NCBI RefSeq assembly: GCF_001194135.2
Contig: NC_068990.1
Coordinates: forward strand, 45,026,931 to 45,069,375
DNA length: 42,445 bases
Reading direction: 5' to 3'
DNA from: Octopus bimaculoides
Taxonomy: Eukaryota
This document shows positions 35,091 through 42,445 of the stretch, piece by piece. Under the pieces are notes generated by a model. That model made no database searches. It worked only from the letters and a program-made list of their open reading frames with translations, and had not been told where the DNA came from. Position 1 is the stretch's first letter; every line of letters begins with the position of its first letter. The position numbers and the translations under genes are program-made.

Positions 35091-38000
35091 CATCATCATC
35101 ATCATCGTTGTTGTCATCGTTTAACGTCTGCTTTCCATGCTGGCATGGGTTGGATGGTTAGACAGGGCTGGTAAGTCAGAGGGCTGCATCAGGCTCCAAT
35201 CTGATCTGGCAAAATTTCTTCAGCTGGATACCCTTCTTAACATCAACCACTCAAAGAGTGTAATGGGTGCTTTTTACGTGCCACCAGCACAGGTCCAGTC
35301 AGTCGGCACTGGCATCGACCTCACTCAAACAATGCTTTTTACATGCCACCAGTGAATGTGCCAATCAGGCAGTACTGTCATTGGCCATGACAACTTCACT
35401 TGCTTCAACAGGTCTTCGCAAGCAGAGTTTCTTGCCCAATGATTGAAGGGTACTCTCAAGTGGGCTGGTTATGCTGCACTGGCATAGGCCACGGTTACAG
35501 TCTCACTTGGCTTGCCAGGTCTTCTCAAGCACAGCATATCTCCAAAGGTTTTAGTCACTTATCATCGTCTTGGTGAGGCCTAACATTTGAAGGTCATGCT
35601 TCACCAGCTCATCCCAGGTCTTCCTGGATCTACCTCTTCCACAGGTTCCCTCTACTACTAGGGTGTGACACTTTTTCACACAGTTCTCCTCATCTATACG
35701 TAATACTTGACCATACCAGTGCAGTCATCTGTCTTGCACACCACATCTGATGCTTCTTATGTCCAACTTTTCTCTCAGGGTGCTTACACTCTATCGTGTA
35801 TGCACACTAACATTACACATCCAGCAGAGCATACTAGCTTCATTCATTGCAAGCTTATGCATGTCCTCAGCAGTCACAGCCCATGTTTTACTGCCATGTA
35901 GCATAGCTGATCGCACACATGCGTCATACAATCTACCTTTTACTCTGAGCAAGAGGCCTCTTGTCACCAGCAGAGATGGGAGTTCTCTGAACTTTGCCCA
36001 GCCTATTCTTATTCTAGCAGCTACACTCTCAGAGCATCCACCCCCACTACTGACTTGGCCACCTAGGTAACGGAAGCTATCAACTACTTGTAGTTTTTCC
36101 TCCTGGAATGTGATGGAAGCTGTTTTCTGCACATTTTCAGTGTTTATTGCCCCTGAGCATTTGCCACACACAAAGACTACCTTTCCAGTTAGCCTTCCTT
36201 TGATATTGCTGCACCTCTTATGTGTCCATAGCTTACACTGGGTACATCTTATGGAGTTTCTACCTATACCTTTTCTACAGATTGAGCAGGGCCATCTACC
36301 TGAAGGGATTTGTGGTTTGTCTGCCTTCCTACTTATTAAGACTTTGGTTTTTGCTAGATTGAGTCTAAGGCCCTTCGATTCTAGACCTTGCTTCGACACC
36401 TGAAACTTCTTCTCTAGTTCTGATAGTGACTCAGCTATTAGAGCAAGGTCATCAGCATAGAGGAGCTCCCAGAGGTATCCTGCTTTGAATTGCTGTTATA
36501 GCCAGGAAGACTATGATGAATAAGAGGGGGCTGAGGACTGATCCTTGGTGGACCCCTACCCCTACCTGGAATTTTTCCCTGTACTCGTTGCCAACTCTCA
36601 CCTTACTGACAGCATCTCTGCACATAGCTTGTACAGATCTCACTAACCACTCATCTATTCCTAGTTTCTGCATTGACTACCAGATAAGGGATCAGGGGAC
36701 CCTGTCAAAGGGTTTCTCCATGTTAACGAAAGCCAGGTACAGAGGTTTATCTTTGACTTGGTATTTCTCCTGCAGCTGTTTTACCAGAAATATAGCATCA
36801 ATGGTGCATCTCCCAGGCACAAACCCAAACTGCATCTCATCTAAACTGACTCTCTCCCTAATTAGTTGAGCTATGGTCCTCTCCATGACTTTCATTACCT
36901 GATCCAACAACTTGATACCTCTGTAATTATTCATATCTAATGCATCACCTTTACCTTTGTAGCAATTGACTATGGTGCTGCTACACCAGTCATTGGGTGT
37001 GACTCTTTATGTATCACCTGATTGACTATATGGGTGACTAGACTATAGCCGACCACCGCCAGATATTTTAAGCTTCTCTGCGGTGATTCCTGATGGGCCA
37101 AGGGCTTTCCCTGTCTTCGTACCCTTAATTACTTTGTCTACCAAGGTACTGTCAATTTGGATAGCTGGTCCCTCTGTTGGGTCGACATTCAGCAGACTCT
37201 CTTTCTCTCATTCATTCTCTTCACTTAGCAATCTTTCATAGTGGCATCTCCAAGTCTCTCTCCTTGCAGCCTCATTAAATGCAAGTGAGCCATCATCCAT
37301 GCAGGCACATTTCTCTCCTATGACATCACAATTCTCTCTTACACACTGTCTTGCAACACAAAACTCTTCAAGGCTTTGGTCCTCATGACACAGAACATTG
37401 GCAATTTTTTTCTTATCTGCTTCCCCTCTGGCTAAGTAAACCTGTCTCCTAGCTTCCCTTCTAGCAATCTGATACAATTCCCTGCTATCACCGTTCTTCC
37501 AGTCCTTCCATGCCTGTTTCTTTTCCCTAATGGCCCTGTCAACTACATTGTTCCACTGTCATGTTACTTTGGGTTGAGAGGGGACTTTGCACCATCCACA
37601 GATCTGGTCAGTAGCCCTCAACAGATTGTCCCGTAGAAACCTTCAGTTGTCTTCCACATCATGTGATGCTGTATCCCCCTCTATTTCATCAAAAGCTTCA
37701 AGTAATATGTCTCTAAATCTCTGTCCATTCACAGGATCCTTAAGCTTCCAGACCCTTCTTCTCCATGCTGGTCATCTTCTGGGCATCTATTTAGCCCTGA
37801 TCCTGAAATCGCTCACTACTAATCTAGGTTGTGGGGTGCATTTTTCACCTGGAAAGGTTTGGACATTTATAAGTAGCCATCTTTCCTGTTTCCTGGAGAG
37901 GATGTAATCAATTTGACTAGCGTGTCCACCTGATCGGTAGATCAATAGGTGACTGGCAGGTTTCCTGAAGTTAGTATTACAAACCATAAGATCATTTGCA

Positions 38001-38240
38001 TTGCAGAACTCCAGTAGCCTGGTTCCCTCCTCATTGCAGGAACCAAAACCATAGCCTCCATGTACACCATGGAAGCCCCCTGCATAGTGTCCAACATGTC
38101 CATTGAAGTTGCTAGCCAGAAAGAGAAGGTAGACTGCAAGAGGGTGTCATAGAAGTTGGTCTTTCTGTTCATCAGTTAGTCCTATCTGAGGAGCATAGGC
38201 TGAGATAATGGTTGCTAACCCATGTTGCAGCACTAATCTG
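35091..38240 (-). mobile_element. RTE-clade LINE, 5'-truncated and disrupted (endonuclease, RT, 3' tail)
   Basis: APE motifs (GYGFG, SQIDYIL). RT motifs NYRGIKLL, QFGFVPGR, GVHQGSVLSPLLF and ctctatgctgatgac (YADD). C-terminal LYDACVRSAMLHGS. Ends in the ...ccatgccagcatggaaagcagacgttaaacgatga(tga)n tail. Several frameshifts. Confidence 0.95.
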
Positions 38241-38244
38241 ATCT

Positions 38245-38455
38245 GTGTGTTTGTCTCCCCACTACTTGACAGCCAGTGTAGGTTTGTTTATATCTTTATA
38301 ACTTGCAGTTCAGGAAAAAGAGACCGATAGAGTAAATAGCAGGCTTTAAAAAATATGTGCAGGAGTTGATTTGTTTGACTAAACACTTCAATGTGGAGCC
38401 CCAACATGGCAGTGGTCCAATGATTGAAACAAGTAAAAGAAACAAGATAGAAGAA
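38245..38455 (+). mobile_element. SINE core/3' part, second family
   Basis: cttgacagccagtgtagg...aagagaccgatagagtaa...caacatggc...tgattgaaacaagtaaaaga. Confidence 0.75.
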
Positions 38456-38941
38456 AAAAGTAATCTCATTCAATCATTGATTGGTGCTATTCACTAAATA
38501 TCTTTTACATTCAAATACTATAATGTTTTTTATTTATTTATTTACAACAAGAGAAGATTTTAGCCAAGAGCAAACCATGATACCGGAGAAGGATTTTAAT
38601 AGAGTATTACACTCTGTGATTTTGTTCAACATGAAAGTAAGTATAGGCATAGTGGTTAAGAAGCATGCTTCCCAACCCTGCTATTTTGGGTTCAGTCCCA
38701 TTGTACAGCACCTTGAACACGTGTTTTCTACTATAGCCTAAAGCAAACCAAAGCCTTATGAGTGGATTTGTTAGACAGAAACTGAAAGAAACCTAATATA
38801 TGTGTGTGTGTGTGTATATATATATATAGAGAGAGAGATATGTGTGTATAGGGGGTTCCTATAAGGTTGTTATCCACCTCTGATTGGAACTCTCCCGTAT
38901 GACATGTACGCATGCTCAGTGATTTGCTTTAATTTCCGCAG

Positions 38942-39211
38942 GCGACTCACCCGAAGAAATCATGCAAATACTGCTGTATATGCAGCCACTATAGAGGGAA
39001 GAATGTAGACGGCAAAGTTATTTCACTACATAGATATCCTGCAAACGTAGTTATTCGTCGTATTTGGCTTCAGAGATCGATACTTGTGAGGAAAGACTTT
39101 GTTTACACTGCAAATAGCCAAATGTGTTCCCAGCATTTTGTCAATTTTAATGGACCATCGAAAGATCACCCCTTGCCATCCGTTTTTCCAAACAAAGTAT
39201 TTAAAATATCA
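38942..39211 (+). CDS. THAP zinc-finger domain exon (transposase N-terminus), no ATG
   Basis: 90 stop-free codons: ATHPKKSCKYCCICSHYRGKNVDGKVISLHRYPANVVIRRIWLQRSILVRKDFVYTANSQMCSQHFVNFNGPSKDHPLPSVFPNKVFKIS. Shows the THAP signature (C-x2-C, LHRYP, W, CSxHF, PSVFP). Followed by donor GTAAGT at 39212 and preceded by ttaatttccgcAG. Confidence 0.85.
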
Positions 39212-39660
39212 GTAAGTGCATGATCATATACGCAGTTAGTAGATGAGTGAAATGTCTCTTTGATTTATCTCCTCATTAACAGATTAGAACATGTTAAAAT
39301 TCAAGAGGGAAACAAATTCTAGTGGTGTACGTTGGGCTAAACACGAATGTTTAATCTAATAATTGTTGTGTTGATGTACAGGTATTTTTAATAAAGAATT
39401 TTGCAATCAATTAATAAATACATTGAAATTGTTGTTAATGTTCTGAATGAATGTGGGAATTTCGAGTAAGCCTAGCTATGATATGTTTCTTTATATATAT
39501 ATATATATATTAATAAGGGTAGAAATTGATATTAATCAATTAGAACCAGTGGTCTAGCATATTAAAAAAATCCGAAGATTAAAATTATATATATATATAT
39601 GTGTGTGTGTGTGTTTGTTCGATTAAATAATAAATTTACAGCATTGAATCTAATATTCCT

Positions 39661-39993
39661 CTAATTATTAGACTTTATAGTGTGACTGTCCCTACCTCTT
39701 CTACACCTCATCATGCTCATGGCCAAATCAGTGAATGGTTGCTGAAAGCAGATTGGGATCAGGCAATACTTCAGCTTATTCCTGTTTGAAGTATCGTCCG
39801 ATACTTCAGACTTATCGTCTGATGAATTTACTTTGTTGACATTCTTCATCGACAGAATTTTTATACCTTTCAACCTTTCAATCAAGTCCGCCTTTCTTCC
39901 AGTAACATACTGTCCATATAATCTTAAATATTTCTTTAACTCAGGCACAGTAAGTACTTCGATAGCTGAATCATCAAGCTGCTTTATAGCCAT
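39661..39993 (-). pseudogene. SAP-domain protein N-terminus (second gene of the element), truncated or frameshifted
   Basis: MAIKQLDDSAIEVLTVPELKKYLRLYGQYVTGRKADLIERLKG is a typical SAP helix-extended-helix. Downstream sequence loses coherence; a second frame (39775-39728) reads AEVLPDPNLL. Confidence 0.75.
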
Positions 39994-40794
39994 GATAAGA
40001 CGTAAAACAATAACAATAGCGTAGATAGTCTGCGGAAGTTTAATTGTCTACATGGAGCGCCGCCTAGCCAAGGGAGATAACCTACTTATAGGAAAGCCCT
40101 GTCTTGACATCACATGATGGCTGTAAATGAACATCCCTATCATATAGGTGGTGTTATTCTTTTCTATAAAAATATGTCCAACTATGGGAAAATATGACTT
40201 TACTTGGAAACCAAATGAGGGTTGGCAACAAGAAGGGCATCCTACAGTAAAAAAAAAAGCTGTCTTAATAAATTCCATCTGACCTAAGCAAGCATGGAAA
40301 AGTGGACCTTAAACAACGATGAATATGATGCAGATGTTCATGAATACACAGTTCTTAGCCATAAAACAGGAGTACAAGACTCAGCTCCACATGACAAAGT
40401 TTTGTAGGGGCATAGGACATGTCCATCTTGTCAGATGTTAGGAGCAGAGTGAGAGATTATTTTGAGGGAAATTCAACAAAGCTTCTATCTGTTAAGTATT
40501 TATTTAAAATTTTAAAAAATTTGGATAAAAATAAGTGACATCATGAAACATACAACCAATCAGAACTTATTCCTTGACCAGTAATCAACAAGTAATGAAT
40601 GTCACCAGGAAGTCAATCATCCAAAGCACTAAACTTTACCAAAACAAGAATGTTTTGACCAAAACACCCTTGAGAAAAATAGAAAGATGTTATCAAAATT
40701 ATAACCAATTAAAACTTGATACTTTACCATAAAAACATATACATATACGCTACAAGATTTGGACTTATAGCACTCTGAACTCTAACAAGCACTC

Positions 40795-41425
40795 TAACGG
40801 TAGAGGGAACCTGTGGAAGAGGTAGATCCAGGAAGACATGAGACAAGTTGATGACACACAATCTTCAAATGTTGGGCTTCACGGAGGCAATGACAAGTGA
40901 TGAAGGCCTTTAGCAATATGCTGTGCTTGAGAAGACCCCTCAAGCCAAGTGAGATTGTAGTCATGGCTAATGCCAGTGTCACATAACTAGCACATAAAAA
41001 GCACCCTTCAAATGTTGGGTGATATGCTGCTTTTGAGAAGACCTGTCAAGCCCAGTGAAATTGTAGTCAGAGCTGTTTCATTGGCACCTGTGCCAGTGGT
41101 ACATAAAAAGCACCATTCAAGTGTTGGGCCTCACAGAGTCAGTGACAGGTGACCGAGACATTTGGTGATATACCATGCTTGTGAAGACCTGTCAAGCCAA
41201 GTAAGAGCATAGCTATGGTCAATTCTGGTTGTCACATCAATGGCATAAGTGCTGGTGGCACATAAAAAGCACCCACTACACTCTGGGGGTAGTTGGCATT
41301 AGGAAGGGCATCCAGCCGTAGAAACCTTGCCTAATCGGACTGGAACTTGGTGCAGATCCTCGGCTTACCAGTTTTCAGTCAAACCATTCAACCCATGCCA
41401 GCATGGAAAGCGGATGTTAAATGAT
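40795..41425 (+). mobile_element. RTE LINE 3' end with reiterated 3' subunits and tail
   Basis: GTCGRGRSRKT*DKL, then three related units starting aaatgttggg/aagtgttggg (about 40868, 41010, 41119), then the shared aacccatgccagcatggaaagcggatgttaaatgat tail. Confidence 0.8.
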
Positions 41426-41940
41426 AATCTTCACCAAACATTTACACTTGTATTACTACACACCACCTCTCTTCCTCCCTATCTACTATTATTGTACTAC
41501 TGCTATTCCCCACTTTCAGTACAGTCGATTATCAGCCACTCTTCTCTACCTTCCCTCAACTCATATCTACCATCGATCATCCCCACCCCTCAACCCTACC
41601 CAATCTTTACAGTCATCACCTACACTTCCCAGCATGTCCCACCAACCATGCCACCACTACAAGCAGATCCAAAACAATGATGATATACATCAACATCATC
41701 ATCATTTTTATGTCCACTTTTCCATGCTTGCTTAGGTTGAACTGAGTTTACTTAAAGTACATTTTCCTACTACAAGATGCCCTTCCAGTTACCAAACCTT
41801 ACCTGTTTCTAAGCAAGATGCTATTTCCCCATAACCAGAAATGTTTTTGCCAAATATTGGAAATGAATGACATTCATTTACAACACTCAGACAATGTAAA
41901 GACAAAAAGACACAAACATACACACACACACCCACACATC

Positions 41941-42080
41941 CAGTGGGCATCTCTCAGTCTCTGTCTCCCAAATCCACTCACAAGGCTTTGGTTAAAACAA
42001 GGTGATAGTAGAAGACACTTGCTTAAGGTGCTGTGCTATGGGACAAACCCAAGACCACATAGTTGAGAAGCAACTGCACC
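41941..42080 (-). mobile_element. SINE head, second family
   Basis: ccaaatccactcacaaggctttgg...gaagacacttgcttaaggtgc is the reverse complement of the head. Confidence 0.7.
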
Positions 42081-42133
42081 TATGTATGTATGTATATAGT
42101 TCAAATTTACAGAAAACAAAAGACGAAGATAGG

Positions 42134-42445
42134 TGTAAGACAACAAGCAGGTGTATTAGTTGTGGTATGACGTCAGTGTCTGGGGAGGCTGACCGGAAGG
42201 GGAAACAGCGCAGAGGGTGCCTCAATCGGCGTTCGTGCCCTTTTCGAACGGGGCTACGGTTGGGACAAGACGTGTTAAGCGACGGTCTAGGTTTGGGAAG
42301 GTTTGGGAGAAGCAGCTGCTATACCTGGTGTACCTTGGGTCGGGGCAAGCTTCAAGGATCGGATACCGCAAGACGGACTCGCAGTCGAGGAAAGGAAAAC
42401 CGAGGTAAGGCGATTACATCTACTCGTACGCACACACCACATTAG
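42134..42445. mobile_element. GC/CpG-rich segment, possibly an LTR boundary, running off the window
   Basis: Abrupt switch to GC- and CpG-rich sequence starting TGTAAG at 42134. TGACGTCA at 42168-42175. No internal retroelement domain is visible. Confidence 0.3.

Larger units (their letters stand above)
38850..40100. mobile_element. Internally deleted TIR DNA transposon, ISL2EU-like (PIF/Harbinger-related), with THAP and SAP gene remnants
   Basis: 25-bp TIRs with 20/25 matches: agggggttcctataaggttgttatc (38850-38874) vs reverse complement of 40076-40100. Flanks are AT and GT. Inserted in a SINE. Carries a THAP exon (+) and a SAP ORF (-), each starting about 100 bp inside a TIR. Confidence 0.7.
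38640..40330 (+). mobile_element. SINE (second family) split by the 38850-40100 transposon
   Basis: Head and microsatellite at 38640-38849. The apparent continuation gtcttgacatcacatgatgg resumes at 40101. Confidence 0.7.

Noticed and set aside
42002-42445. 147-aa ORF at the window end
   Set aside because: Starts in a SINE, crosses a microsatellite and has no recognisable motif.
1-42445. CRISPR arrays, rRNA or tRNA genes, prokaryotic defence or operon-like systems
   Set aside because: No repeat-spacer arrays or such genes were seen. The tRNA-like boxes belong to SINE heads and the DNA is clearly eukaryotic.

Overview
AT-rich, microsatellite-dense animal genomic DNA with three assembly gaps. 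The SINE/LINE repertoire looks like a coleoid cephalopod, probably Octopus (inference from recalled repeat motifs). One clear host gene is present: a two-coding-exon DNA-3-methyladenine glycosylase (MPG/AAG; 27027-27417 + 31127-31473, 245 aa, phase-1 GT-AG intron). Most of the rest is transposon debris: RTE LINEs, a pogo/Tigger and a hAT transposase pseudogene, Tc1/mariner, Penelope, Helitron ends, MITEs and SINEs. Three items are missed or only partly shown by the ORF track. (1) A 1.25-kb TIR element (38850-40100) carries an intact THAP zinc-finger exon and a convergent SAP-domain ORF, which is the architecture of an internally deleted ISL2EU-like transposon. (2) A chain of small, phase-compatible minus-strand exons (17840 to 1040, including a 15-nt microexon) may be an unannotated gene divergent from MPG. 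(3) A long-TIR foldback element has a 6-bp target-site duplication. No CRISPR, rRNA, tRNA gene or prokaryotic system is supported. All coordinates and alignments were read by eye; repeat boundaries are approximate unless TIRs or TSDs are quoted.
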